The notes beneath the pieces are model-generated. The model saw only the letters and a list, made by a program, of their open reading frames with translations, had not been told where the DNA came from and did no database searches. DNA of 64,000 nucleotides from Squalus acanthias (taxonomy: Eukaryota). Below are positions 48,048 through 61,210 of the stretch, piece by piece (the stretch's first letter is position 1; every line of letters starts with the position of its first letter). The stretch covers positions 96,908,001 through 96,972,000 of the forward strand of contig CM059432.1 in NCBI GenBank assembly GCA_030390025.1, read 5' to 3'. Both the position numbers and the translations under genes were made by a program.

Positions 48048-49275
48048 ATGGGTGCCGTTTATACTGTCTCACCTTGGTCCTCAGAATCGGACCACGATGA
48101 GCCCCAACACCAGCAACACCAGGCACACCAGCAGCAGTAACAACAACACCACCAACCTTCTCCTCAATGACCTGATGCTCCACAGGGCAGAGGACATCAG
48201 CACAGGGCTGCACCGAGCCAGAGGCAATACCCCCAACACAGGGTATGCAGGCAGAGATGAGCTTCCTCAACATGACTGAGCAGCAGTGCCAAAGGAGGCT
48301 CCGGCTATCGCACCAGGTCATCACAGGCATTTGTAGCTTGCTGGAGCAAGACCTGCAGCCCAGAGGACCTGGTGGACATGCCTTACCAGTGGCTGTCAAA
48401 GTCACCAGCACCCTCAACTTCTTTGCTTCAGGCTCCTTCCAGGGATCTGCAGCAGACATTTGCGGCATCTCACAGTCGGCCACCCACAGATGCATTACAT
48501 AGGTCACCGATGCCCTGTTTGATAAGTCAGCCAATTATATCAACTTTGCCACTGATGAAGCCAGTGTTACTCAGTGGGCACTCGCCTTTTCCGCTCTGGC
48601 TGGCTCCCCACGGGTGCAGGGCATCATTGACTGCACACATGTGGCCATCAGGGCACCACATCATCACCCTTTGTCAGCTGCAAGGGCTTCCACTCCCTCA
48701 ATGTGCAACTCATCTGCAAGCATAGGAAAATCATCATGCATGTGTGCTTTCCTGGCAGCTGTCATGACTCTTTCGTCCTGCGCCAGTCCACCCTCCCTCA
48801 GCTCTTCGCACCTCCAAACAGACTTTCCGGTTGGCTGCTTGGACACAAGGGCTATCTAATGAAGACGTGGCTCATGACACCCTTGAGGAGACCAAGTCCT
48901 GAGGTCGAGGAGAGTTATAATGGAAGCCACATGTGGACCAGATGTGTCATGGAGCAGACAATAGGCATGCTGAAAATGCACTTCAGATGCATTGACAGAT
49001 CTGGAGGAGCCCTTCAGTACACACCAGCCAGGGTCTCCAGAATCATCGTGGTCTGCTGCACCCTGCACAACATAGTGCAGCAGCGAGGATTAACGCTGCA
49101 TGAGGAGCAAGGCTCTGAGCAAACAGCCTCTTCAGAGAAAGAGGAGGAGGAAAAGCATCAGCTGGAAGACGAGGAGGAGGAGCAGGAGGAACCTGAGGTC
49201 CAGATCCCACCAGCACCCGAGCACATTGCTGCCCGGGAGACCAGAGATGGTCTCATCATGGCCAGATTTTCTTAA
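48048..49275 (+). pseudogene. Harbinger transposase pseudogene
   Basis: [52 protein letters not shown]; stops and frameshifts. Confidence 0.9.
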
Positions 49276-49550
49276 CTTCAGGCATTACACCCATATAGCT
49301 GCCATATGCTGCACCAGGTTCCCACCACCCTAGAGCAATACCATAAAGCATCCCTACAATGACCAAGCCATTCCTTTCACACTGACCTCCATTGCTGGAG
49401 GTAACGTTATGTCTCACCATTCACTCCAACTCACTAAGCCACTTCCAAAGTTGCAGACAAAAGTGGTGAAAATAAATAGTTTTATCTGTGACATAAGAGT
49501 AATGGAAGCTTAACAGTTATTAAAACATCTAAGTGCTTACACTTGTGCAT

Positions 49551-51430
49551 CTACTTGTGTGTCATCTTTCTCTTATGCGTGCTTCTACGAGGTGCTACCC
49601 CTATGGCTTCAGCAGAGGTAGAGGCAGCCTGCTCACTTCCCTGCTGTGACTGCTTAGACACTTTTGGCGGATGTCCTCTGGGTCTTGGAGCCTGTGATGG
49701 TTCCGCCAAAGTCTGCTCCTCGTGTGACTGTGCAGGAGCAGACTCGGCCATCACGATCCCAGGAGGCATGTTGGGCTCTGACTGAGGGGGATGCAACAGG
49801 GGAGAAGTGTGAGCACTTTGAGAGGAGCCCCCACTTCCATGTCCCCTCTCATTGTCATCTCTCTCATGGGCTACCCGCACTTCCTTGTGAGCAAGGAGCT
49901 GGACAGCACCTTGATGCACCGCACTGGGGCCATGAGGACCCAAGTCTACATTGACATCCCTCCTAGAGAGGCGGTCTATGAGCCTCTGCCATCTATTCCC
50001 CATAGATAGCATGTGCTCATGTGAGAAGTCCATTAGCTGCTCATGCAGGTGGCCATCCTTTCATTGGAAGAGCCTACAGTCACCATTGCCTGTGACACAG
50101 TGGTGCTCTTGTTGGAGATGGACTCCTCCACTCTCTGCACATTTGCAGACTTCATGGTCGCAAAACCTGTCAAAGCCTCCTGCACTTCTTCCTGCACGTC
50201 CTGGATTGCCCTCTTTCTGGATGGCCCCCGAGCTCAGCTTTTGCATGCAGCTGAGCAGAGCTGGGAGCATCCTGCACCCTCCGGCGAGGATTCCACTGCT
50301 GTCCCTGTCTCTATCATCTCCTCCTGCTCACTTGTGAGTTGTGACACACCAGGTGACAACACTACTCTATCTCGCGTGGGACCCACCGAGGTGTGGGTAT
50401 CTGTGCTGGTGCTGGGTGCGCTTATGTCTGCTGACAGTGCACCCTTAGAGGCTGGAGGCTCCAATGAGGAGTTGCCTTCCTCTTCCTCCTGGACAGTGGA
50501 GGTGGGTGGGGGGAGGGGGGTGCTCTTGATGGACTTGTGGGAGAGTAAAGAGATGAGTTAGATATGTCATATGAAGAATGGGTACAGATACCATTATGCA
50601 CATGATGAACATTCACTAGCTGCTGACATCAGTCCCCACATGAGTGACTGCTGTATGCCATGTGGCTGTATGAGATGTAATTATGTCACCAGTTGCTGAG
50701 ATGTCCCCCTCTCTCCATCTCCCACCACCAGCTGTTCTGCAACACCTGAGACCTCCAGGGCGACCTCCTCTGCTGCAGTTAAGGTGGAAATGATGGAGGG
50801 CCACCTCCGGTTCTCTCCCTCTCTCTCTTATTGTGGGCTCTCTTCTCCTGCAAGGAGGGAAAGAAGAGAAGTTTGAGTGAGGGTGATGGAATGAGTGTAA
50901 GGAATGGATGGGTTACATCTGTAGAGGGTGACTATGAGGGAGTCTGCTGGCCATGCTAAATGGCCTTCTTGTGGGTGTTATTTGGTATGATTGCATTAGG
51001 ATGAGGGTGAGTGTGAGGGGTGGCTAGTCAGCTGGGGATGTGATAATGTAGATAGAGAGAGAGTGATGGGTGGACGTGCAAGGTATGTTGGTGTGAGTAA
51101 TGATGTGCAGGAGTAGGCTTGGGAAGGCAGAGCGATGGGGATGTGATGAGAGGCACAGCAGGATGAAGTTAGGTGTGGCTTTGTACTCACCTTTCCTGAT
51201 CTAATGAGATTATTGAAGTGCTTCAGGCACTGCACCTAGGTCTTCCTCACAACATCCCTGCTGTTCACCTCCTCTGCTATCTCCAGCCAGGCTCTTTTAG
51301 TCTGCTGAGGAGGTCTCTTGCATCCATCAAAAGGGAAGAGGACCTCCCTGCGTGCTCACACTCCCTCTACAAGCATATGGAGGGAGTCTGCTGAGAACCT
51401 GGGTGCAGCCCTCTGCCTCTGTGCAGTCAT
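49551..51430 (-). pseudogene. Harbinger Myb/SANT gene, spliced, decayed
   Basis: MTAQRQRAAPRFSADSL..QCLKHFNNLIRSGK then GTGAGT donor at about 51190; acceptor at about 50848; C-terminus PRPRG..AASTSAEA..APRRSTHKRK. Confidence 0.75.
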
Positions 51431-51805
51431 GTTTTCAAGGCTTAGCAAGACCCAAATGCTTTAATACAGTGCCTGCACACTCTTAGCTGAACCTTCAAAT
51501 GCAATGTGGCCAAGGCACCATTAAATATCCCGGCTGGAAATGAGTCATTGATGACATCATCAGACCCGCATCATTTAATAGGGCTGGGTAACGCGCAGGG
51601 CTGCCTTAATAGGCGCCATTAAGGGAAAGTCGCTCTAAGAAGCGGCATGAAATGAGGAACGGGGTCCTGACCCGCCACGCCAACCGTCCGCGCACGACCC
51701 GCCCAGATAAACAAAATTCTGGCCCAACAATCAGTATGGCAGCAAACTCAGCTCTAGTTATCCAGCCTTCATGTGTATCCTGTTCTTCTATGAGATAAAT
51801 TAACT

Positions 51806-52871
51806 AGCCCAGAATTTGCGGTTGTAATGATGGCGAAACTGTCAGTGCTCGCTGTCATTACTGTGTAAAACTGACAGCAACTTCTGGCATCTGCACATGC
51901 GCAGTTAAATGCAGAAATCCAGAAGTTGCTGTCAGTGATACCCTGCTCGTCCAGAGGGTACACTGTTGCAGTCTTCACAAATGCAATCAACACAGAATCA
52001 GTGAATTAAGAACATAAGAACATAAGAAATAGGAGCAGGAGTAGGCCAATCGGCCCCTCGAGCCTGCTCCGTCATTCAATAAGATCATGGCTGATCTGAT
52101 CCTAACCGCCAATCTACTATCTATCACAGAACCATCTCCTGCATCTAACAGAATCGCACACACGAAATAGGATCAGAATCAGGCTACACGGTCCCTGGGC
52201 CCGCTCCACTACCCACAGGGCCATGACCGATCCGAACCTAGACTCATGTCCAAATTCCTGCCCGCTCCCCGTAACCCTTAATGCCCTGAATTGACATGAA
52301 CTTCAACTTTTTATGCACAATTCTCACTGTAAAAACCATTAAAAATGTTAAGCCTTGTTGAATGAGGTATAACTGAGTTTTTAACAGTGTACTAAGTCAT
52401 AATTACTGCTGAACAACCTCTCTGGCCCTGAAAAACTAATTTTAGAAGTGTGGAGTGTAATTCTCTCAGAATAACATTTTAAAATTGGATGATTTTTAAA
52501 ATAATAAAAATTAATTTAATTAAAAACATTTAAAGTTTATTTATGATATTTTAGCTGCTACCTTAATCACATGTGTATGTCCCAATCTTTATTTCGCTTT
52601 CTGTAAAATGATTAAAAAATGAATTATAATCCGTGCTTTTTCCTTCCTGGTTTGCTGTCTGTGAGAATTCTTCAATCTGACTGGCTGATCAGCCTTCTTG
52701 ATGACTTCTCTGTTACTGGATGCCACAGATCCCCTATAGATGGCACCAGATTCAAAGTCATGTTGGAATAGAGGAAATCAATGCTCTAGTGCCCGCTAAA
52801 TCTTTGTGGGCAGCTTTTTTCGAGGTCAGAGGCAATGCTGTCCTTCCACCGCTGATCGCAAAATCCGGGCC
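51806..52871. mobile_element. Harbinger-type MITE containing a minus-strand HER1-tailed fragment (about 52007-52290)
   Basis: Ends GCCCAGAATTTGCG / CGCAAAATCCGGGC; internal GCAACTTCTG..CAGAAGTTGC inverted repeat; (AAGAACAT)n tail. Confidence 0.7.
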
Positions 52872-55063
52872 ATTATAAAATTTGGTGTTATTATGTCTAC
52901 TACTGGTCCCTAAGACAGATATTCGGTTTGCAAATAATCATTCCTTATTTGTGGTAGATAAGAGATGCCACCAACGCAATGGGTACATTGGTGCTGGGAC
53001 TGCTGCACATCAGGCACTTTATGCACATTTTGGAGAAGTAGATGACCTTGCACCATAATTTGAGGTCACCTAATATAATATTTTTGTGTCATTCCTGGGC
53101 AGAATGGCTCCATACACGGAGAGTCCTTTGAAAATCAAGCAAAGGGAGGCCCAGCAATGAACAGTGGTCTTATTAGAAGTAGAGGACCCCCCCCCCCCCA
53201 CCCCCAGGAAAGAAAGGTCAAATTTCCCTCCTGTCCTTTCTTGATGGAACTTTTGGAAAAGGGTGCTAGAATGCTTTTTAGGGACTCCAACTGTATTATG
53301 GGTTTTTTCTCTAGTTGTGCAGTCAGTGCACAGTCTCAACGCGCGGAAAGCGCACGGGCCAACGTTGTTCTTTGCTGTGCTCATCAGGCGATGGGTGAAC
53401 TTTAGACCCCCTGATAATAGGGGGTCATTGGGCTTGAAGTTCAGGCCTCTGAGCACATTACTGACCCCAATACAAAATGGACTGTAAATGTGTAAATGGA
53501 GTTGATGACAGTGTCCCATTATTCTACATTTCAGTCAATATGGCACAATGGAAAAAGTATCAAATACCCCCTTTGTAAACTTTGGAAGTTTATAGGTAGC
53601 CTTATCAATTATTTTCTTTCCATTTGGTATAAAGCAATTTCTATGTTGTCTTTATATATGGTGAAATGGGCCAATAATAGCAAAACATAGCCTACTGCCT
53701 CAAGAAATTGAATGGGTGGAAGTGAATGCACTGTCACCACCCACATCTATTACAAACTAATGACTTCATTGAAACTGTGCAAACACATTTTTTCATCCTT
53801 GCTGAATCAGCCAGCAGGAATTTCATTAAGTCAGACTTTTATCCATCAATCAATGCTCAACCAGTAGCAACAATGGACTTAATATAGACCGACTAGTTTC
53901 TGATAACTGGTTCTATACTTTCTGATTCTGTTAATTTACAATACTAAAAATATTTTGACACTACCTTGATCAATAGTCTCATATTTGTTTGTTAACAATA
54001 TCAAATCCCAAAGAGACTCAGCTGTTTTCTATGTTTTCTGGTTGACCACACAGGAGCTTCAACTCTAATGAAGAGATATTGGATTCTCTGCCCATTGACT
54101 ATGAATGGGTGGTTATCTTGTTTAAAGTTAGTTTCTACCAGTCAGTCTTAACAATTTCCATGCCATTCCTCTTTCCTGTTCTGTAATGAGTATTATAAAT
54201 CAGGGCAAAGCAATAAGCCTATCTGTCCGATTGCTCTTTTGGAGCCACAGTGCAGTAACAGTGAATGGCTAAACACTGACTGCTATAATGGAGTGCTATC
54301 TACTGGTTGTATTCATGCATGAATAAAATTCTGTGGGAATACATGTGAATATAGGTTGTCAATACTTATTCTCAAACTTCAACTTTGTCTCTCTATTTAC
54401 CTCCCTCTGAAAAAAGCATCTCTACTGAAATCAAATTACATTGCTGGCATCTAACATAGTTAGACCAAAATTCATGAAGTTAATCAAGTTTTATCTCAGC
54501 ATTTACCTTGGGAATGGCAGATGTCCCACTTAATTGGAATTTTATTTCATCTATATATTGAATAGACCCATGAGAGGCAAAAGCAATTTTCAGTGAATAA
54601 TTTACTGCAAGAAACATACAAGCATAGAAATATTTAAATTACCCACACCTCTGATAATTTTAATATCTTAGATCATGTTCTTTTTCAGTCACTTTTTTCA
54701 ATGAAAACAAATATATCTGTGTGTCTTTCTTTATAATTTACAGCAGGGATGTCAAACCTTCTGGTGATGAAGACCAGATACACAATGAGTTGGCCACATA
54801 TGCTCGTGGATATAATGCATGCCCAAAAATGTAAGCCCTGTACACAAAACGCGAGATCCCCAATACACAAAAATGTAAAATCATGAGGCCTAGCCATCCT
54901 CTCTTCCCCCCACTCGTCCTTCCATTTCTTTCCTCCATTCATTCTCCTCCTTCTTTGCACTCATCTTCCCATTCCCCAAAACCTGGTTATGTCATTCTCC
55001 TCTTGTCACTCTTTTTCATCTTCCTACTGTAAGTTACCCTAGTTGTGTATACATATAAACATA

Positions 55064-55816
55064 GGGAGAGAAATTCGGTATAGCCCTATTTGGGGCGCTA
55101 ATACTTTGAAAGTTGAAAAACTGGCGCCAGGCGCTAATCATTCTCGCCGCCCACGAAATTCACTTTTAGCGCTCCAAGAAGGAAGTGGGGCGCTAAATCA
55201 AGTGCTGAACACATCTCTTAGGGCGCTAAAGTCCGAGAGCGGGGCGGTAGCGGCAGAGCGTTAAACAATTTTGAGCGCATTGTGAATGGCACTCTTTCAT
55301 CACAGAGACTGCTTCCCTCGCTTAAAGGGAAGGGCCAATGATGCTGCACAAGCTAGTTGTCATCAGTTCTGTTTTGCAAGGCGGCCTGGGCGACTGCCAT
55401 TACAGCCCCAAACACTCACAAAGTGCAGGGCTTGGACATCTTGCACCAATGAAACAGTAAAAACTTTGCGCAGGCTTCAGACTGGTGCAAATAATAAAGG
55501 TTGTGCTAGCTGAAAACCATTCCTTTTAATTAACGCTCCCGAAGCGGCCAGCCGCGTTCACAACGCCTCCTCTTGCTGGCATTGTCGGTGTGAGGCGATA
55601 AAGCAGGGGGCGCAAGTGAATTTTCCATCCGGGGCGATAACAGGTGCTGCGTATTTTATGATGCCACGATCTGGGAGGCGCTAGAGGCCCAGGAGCTAAG
55701 AGTTAGCGCCAGCACTAAACCGGCACTGAAGTTCGCGGGTGTCGCTGCATTCACCGCGCCCGGATGCTAAACCATTAGCGCCCCTACGAGGCGCTAACAT
55801 ACCAAATTTCTAGCCC
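55064..55816. mobile_element. Diverged Harbinger MITE related to the 893-bp family
   Basis: TIRs GGGAGAGAAATT / AATTTCTAGCCC; ATA/GTA flanks; GGCGCTAA repeats. Confidence 0.8.
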
Positions 55817-56328
55817 GTAGTGTTAGCATTTGGTTTAATCTCATATGATTAAAATTTTTGCTTTCTTTTTACTTATAAATGGCTTGTGAATTTGTACTGT
55901 AGCTAGATATAATGAAATGGTTAAAGTTGTTCATTCCCAGGATGCTTTAGGGTTTAACGTGCCAGGGTACAATTTATGTGTCTGGACTTGGTCGAACAAA
56001 ATAAATGGATTTTTGCTGTTGCAACCATATTTGATGTTGGATTCAAACTGTCTTACACTACTCCTTTTCCTGTTTCTCTCTCTACCTCGGCTCTAGATCT
56101 CTCTCACTCTATCTCTATATCTCTAGCCTCTGTTATCGCTCCATCTTTGGTTCTCACTTTCCTCTGCTTCTCTCTCTTCTGCTGCTCTCTGTCCTCTATT
56201 TACGTGTCCTTCTCTCTCTCTTCTGCTTCTTTCACCCCCTTGTAGGTAAAAGTACATCTTTATAAGGATTTCACTATTTTCAATATTATAAGCAACTCTT
56301 CAAAAGACGATTCCTCTGTGAACATGGG

Positions 56329-56478
56329 GGGCTAGAAATACGTCTCGGGCGGTGGCGCAAAACAGGCGGTATGGGATTAGCTGCAGTCAATGGAACTGAA
56401 TATCAGGCGCTGTGTATAACAGGCGGACGATCCCATACTGTCCGTTTTGCGCCACTGGCCGAGACAAATTTCTAGGCT
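56329..56478. mobile_element. About 150-bp foldback Harbinger-type MITE
   Basis: GGGCTAGAAAT..GTCTCGG..GTGGCGCAAAAC..GTATGGGAT mirrored by ATCCCATAC..GTTTTGCGCCAC..CCGAGAC..ATTTCTAGGC. Confidence 0.75.
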
Positions 56479-57359
56479 GAGCTGTCTTAGTTACTAATTT
56501 CCCTCAGTCTGTGTATTATTCTTTTAAGTAAGTAGACTTTCTGGAAGATAAAATGGTGTGAACCACAAGGGATGGGCAATAACGGACTATGGCTTGGACT
56601 TTTCTCTGCTGGCTAAATCAGAACATCAGTAGTGGAATATTGCCAGGACTTTCTTTCTGCCCACTTTACATCCCAATGTCGTTTACATGGTGGGTACTTC
56701 ATTTAAGTAACAATTTGGGGGTGTGTTTGTCTTCAGGCTATCTGCTGCCATTTTGGCATGTAGGATGTCAGACATAAATAGTGCCCAGGGTTCCCAGGTA
56801 GCAGTACGTATACTAAAGGCTATAGAAATGTTACATTAATGATAAAGAAAGTGTATTTCTACAAATTCTTAACCAATTTTTATTTTTTTGGTTGTATTTA
56901 TTTTCTTGCTGGCATTTAGGTTCCCTTGAGACATTGTCCAATTGTTGCACATTATTTATTTTTTCCTCCAACATTATGAAACCAACGGGCTTCCTGGTGG
57001 AACTCCCTCTATCTGACATATTTGCAAGAAGATGAGGACCAAAGAAGGGATGCAGGCAGTTCAGGCCAGATTAACAGAAAGAGGCAAACAGAGCTCACTT
57101 TCCAGACAAGCTTCTATATTCAAAGATAGCTTAAAATATGTGCATGTTCCACTTACTGTAATGTTGAGTGTTTTCTTGCAAGCACTCCACTCAAGGTATG
57201 AAATGCATTCAATGGCAGTGCAGAAAGGAAGGCATACCAGGGTGATCCACAGCCAGCATAGCCTGATAGGCTAGACCCACCCAGATACCTTCACTTATTT
57301 CTGTAGGCCCTAGCACACGTGCCTAACAATGATCATGGCAACTGTCTTCACAGCATCAG

Positions 57360-58110
57360 CACAGAGCCAGCATCCACAGCCTTTTGGAGGAGGGAGTTCC
57401 AGAATTCCACGACCCTTTGCATGTGTTTGCTGATTTCACTCCAAATTGGCCAAGCTCCAATTTTAAGATTCTGGCCCCTTGTTCTGGATTCTCCCACTAG
57501 AGGAAATAGTTTTTGCTGTATCTACCCTACTATCAATTTAAAGACCTTGATTATGTCACCCCTTAATTTTCTGAACTCATGGGAATACAAACCAAATTTA
57601 TGCAACTTGTTCTTATAATTTAACCCTTTAAGTCTTGTATTATTCATGTGAATCTCCGGTGCTCCTTCTCCAAGGCCAATATATTTTTCCTGAGGTACAG
57701 TGCCCAAAACTGAATGCAGTACTCCAGATGGGGTCTGATCAAGGCTTTGTACAACTGAGGGATCACTTGCTCATTTTTGTATTCCAGCCCCATTGAAATA
57801 AAGGCCAACATTCCATTAGCCTTTTTGATTACTTTTTATATCTGTGCGCTACCTCTTAGTGATTTGAGTACATGGACACCTAAATCCCTTTGCTTCTCCA
57901 AAGCACCTATTCTCTCACCATTAAGAAAATATTCTGATTTGTCTTTCTCAGATCCAACGTAGATGACCCCACACTTTCCCACATTGAACTCCATCTGCCA
58001 TAGTTTAGCCCACTCAGTGGTCTGTCTATGGCCCTTTGTAATTTTTTACCCTCATTTACACAACTTGCTGTGCCTCCTAACTTAGTGTAATCAAACTTTG
58101 ATGATATGTT
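57360..58110 (-). mobile_element. Old CR1 ORF2 3' fragment
   Basis: SKFDYTKLGG; GLYSHEFRKLRGDIIKVFK. Confidence 0.8.
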
Positions 58111-59280
58111 TATCAGGTAAGAGCAGCAAACCAAAAACCGACCAGTTCAGAATAATTTGCTGAATTTGGACACTGGGTTCAGATTAGCCCATTCATGAGA
58201 AAAAAAAACTGATGACCATGCACACACGTAACTTACCGTGGAGACTGATAATCAGCCATGCTAGCATGACTACTTTTTGGACTTCATACGGTGGTAAATA
58301 TCTCACTTTAAGATGAAGTGGAAAGGCTACAATTTCTTCAATGTAGCAGATCAATTTACAAGAATAAACTTAAACACCGAACATGAAGTTAATTGGCATT
58401 ATATAAGTCTATTACCTCAATAAGGCATACCATGTACGCAAATGAGTAAAACATTATATGCTACTAGCTTTAAAGATAGTAAAGAGTAGACTGTTGTTAA
58501 GGCACAGACCACCAATTTTCACAAAATCTGATTTAGTGAAACAAGTCATAAAATTTAAAGACCGTTTCTTTAGGACTCAATCAATACTACTTTGATTGTT
58601 GCACAAAGACTATTAATGCAAAATTTAAGTCAATAAAATTCCTAAAGTTAGCTGAGTATCACAAAATTGCAGAAAATGCCTTAACAAGCTGAAAGGGTGA
58701 CAACAAGATTGATTTCAGTACACACAGGTCCAAAACGCAACAGAAAGCCTAAACCAGCCAGATGTGACTTTGCAGCAGGTAGCTGGCTAATAAATAACCT
58801 TTTGCCTCAGTCTTCAAGCAAAACAAGTTTCCCTTCAGAGCCACAAATATTCCGACATATTTGAGCTCAATGTTCTAGGCAGGAAAACCAGCAAGTGCAA
58901 AGAAAGAACTTAAAATGGCTGGGATTATATTGGCCCGTATTTTCCGATCGCAGGCCTCCCACATGCGGAGGCCTGCGATCTGGAAAAATCTACACCCTTA
59001 CCTGAGGGCTCCCGGGACGCACACGCTTCAGTTCCTGGGCCTCTCCAAACGCCAAGTGCGCTGGGCCCATGTATCCCAGAGGCGCAGGCAGTTCGCAGCG
59101 TCCCTGGGATCACGTGGGCCATGGGGAGCCAATCAAAGAAGGAAATCTCCCTTCATACACTTGACAGGAAGACCTGTCAAATATATGAATGGAGATCACC
59201 CCAAAAACATAGTAAAACTTTAAATAAATTAAAAAAATAATCACCTTTTTAAAATGACTTGAAATTACAATAAATTAAAT

Positions 59281-60022
59281 GGCCCAAAAATTCATCCCGG
59301 TGCGCGAGAGTACGCAGTGCGTACTCTCGCGTATTCCCTCTGCAATTGCCGGTTTTCTGCATGCCCTGCGCATGCGCTGAAAACCGGCAATTGCTCTTTT
59401 GAAAAGGGGGCGGTTCCTCGGTGCATTGCGTGCGCGCTACAGGCTGCGCGCACGCTGTGCACTTCATGCTTTGGACGCGCAGGTAAGTACTGAAGATTTT
59501 AGAAATGTAAAAAGGAGGAGTAAGACCCACTTTTAACAAGGTAAGTAGTGAATTAAGTATTTTTTTGATTTTTTTTTTACAGGTATATCTTTTTTAGAGA
59601 CTTTAAAGACAGGTAAGTTTATTTTTATAACTTTTTAAAAGATTTAAAATTTTTTCAAAAATTTAATTTTTTATTTAAAATGGTTAATTTATTTAACTAT
59701 ACTTATTTTATTAATGTGATGGTTTTTTTTTAATTTAATTGAGGTTTAGCTGTTATTTTGGGGGGGTGTAAGATTCATAGATTTCACAGCACGTATGTGA
59801 AACTTATGAATGGAAGATGGTGTGCTGCCATTGGCTCTAACTGAGTCACGTGATCCCACAGCTCGCACGAATTCACTACGCCGGTAGGATACGCAAGCAC
59901 TGCCCGGCTGATGTCTGGAACATCAAGTTCGTGCGAGCTGGATCTGAAAAAGCACAAGCGAGGTGAGAGATCGCGGGGAAGGCATACCCCCGCGGGAACA
60001 GAGCGAGATCAATTTCTGGGCC
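59281..60022. mobile_element. Nested Harbinger-type MITE
   Basis: TIRs GGCCCAAAAATT / AATTTCTGGGCC; AAT TSD. Confidence 0.75.
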
Positions 60023-60186
60023 AATATTTGTAACAAAAAGTTAATTTTTTGAAAAAAATAATTAAAGTTTTTTACGGGGCTAAAAATAAACTTACCTTTT
60101 TTAAAGTATTTTTAAATGATAAATCAGTAACATTTTATTTTTTTATTTTTTTTCAACTCTTATCCTGGTAAAAGCAGGCCTTATGC

Positions 60187-60630
60187 AACACGGTGGCATA
60201 GTGGTTAGCACTGGTGCCTCACAGCGCCAGAGACCCGGGTTCGAATCTGACCTCGGGTGACTGTCTGTGTGGAGTTTGCACATTCTCCCCGTGTCTGCGT
60301 GGGTTTTCTCCGGGTGCTCCGGTTTCCTCCCACAGTCCAAAAATGTGTGGGTTAGGTTGATTTGGCTATGGTAAATTGACCCTTAGTGTTAGGGGGGATT
60401 AAATATGTGGGGTTATGGGGATAGGATGGGATATGTTAGGGGGAATTAAATACGTGGGGTTACGGGGGTAGGGTGGGATATATGTAATGTGGGGATTAAA
60501 GCAGGGACAGGGTACTGGATTTGGATGATCAGCCATGATCGTATTAAATGGCGGAGCAGGCTCGACGGGCCGAATGGCCTACTCCTGCTCCTAGATTCTA
60601 TGTTTCTATGTTTCTATGTTTCTATGTTTC
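60187..60630 (+). mobile_element. Near full-length HE1-like V-SINE with HER1-derived tail
   Basis: A box GGTGGCATAGTGGTTAG, B box GGTTCGAATC, V-domain CTGTGTGGAGTTTGCACATTCTCCCCGTGTCTGCGTGGGTTTTCTCCGGGTGCTCCGGTTTCCTCCCAC, tail shared with 428-548, (TTCTATGT)n. Confidence 0.92.
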
Positions 60631-61210
60631 TATGCCTGCTTTTACCAGGCGTAAGAATTGTAAGGGTTTTCTGCGGGCGGAGGGTCTCCAAAAAGTGGAA
60701 CTATCCGCCCGCAGAGGCCCTTCTCCAGGGCAGCCGGAGGATCTGTCAAGAGCATTCTTGACAGATCGGAAATACCGGTTTTCAGCACATGCGCTGTGCA
60801 TGCCTGAAACCGGCATTTCCGATGTCCCTACAGGTGGGTACACAGCGCGTACTCACCCGTAGGGATCGGAATATCTGGGCCAATATATCAGAATAAATGC
60901 TTGAGACAGATTTTTTTTCGTAAGATTACCTCAATCATTTTGAAGGAATTTGTCTGTTCTTCATGAGAATAATTTTCTTTGGTACAGTCCGAGAGTTTTT
61001 ATTATTATGAACATCTTAGCCTCAGAAGTAACCAATTTAATATAATTTCAAGTTTGTTTAATTTTAATCAAAGGAGTGGAAGTGTGTAATTCTTCCTGGA
61101 CATAACATTTTTGAACAAATGTTCTAAAACAAAAGTTCAAGATGTTACCAAAGGAACAGCATGAGATTGCACCTTAGCACAGTCTGTAGTCTGTCAGGAC
61201 CACACATCAG

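Larger units (their letters stand above)
47499..51724. mobile_element. Older full-length Harbinger (second family), both genes decayed
   Basis: TIRs GGCGGGAATTTT / AAAATTCTGGCC; CAA TSD (47496-47498, 51725-51727); convergent genes. Confidence 0.88.
58932..60881. mobile_element. Harbinger-type MITE hosting a second MITE and a SINE
   Basis: Ends GGCCCGTATTTTCCGATC / GATCGGAATATCTGGGCC. Confidence 0.72.

Noticed and set aside
58236..58258. Minus-strand AGCATGG..MADYQSP followed by GTAAGT, phase-compatible with a 48-nt candidate exon at 15598-15551 (LKHVHNLVDPRKQLS)
   Set aside because: Too short to distinguish from chance and no recognisable protein; needs RNA-seq or tBLASTn
60187..60260. tRNA gene
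   Set aside because: A/B boxes belong to a SINE head followed by V-domain and LINE-derived tail; same for 7338 and 24410
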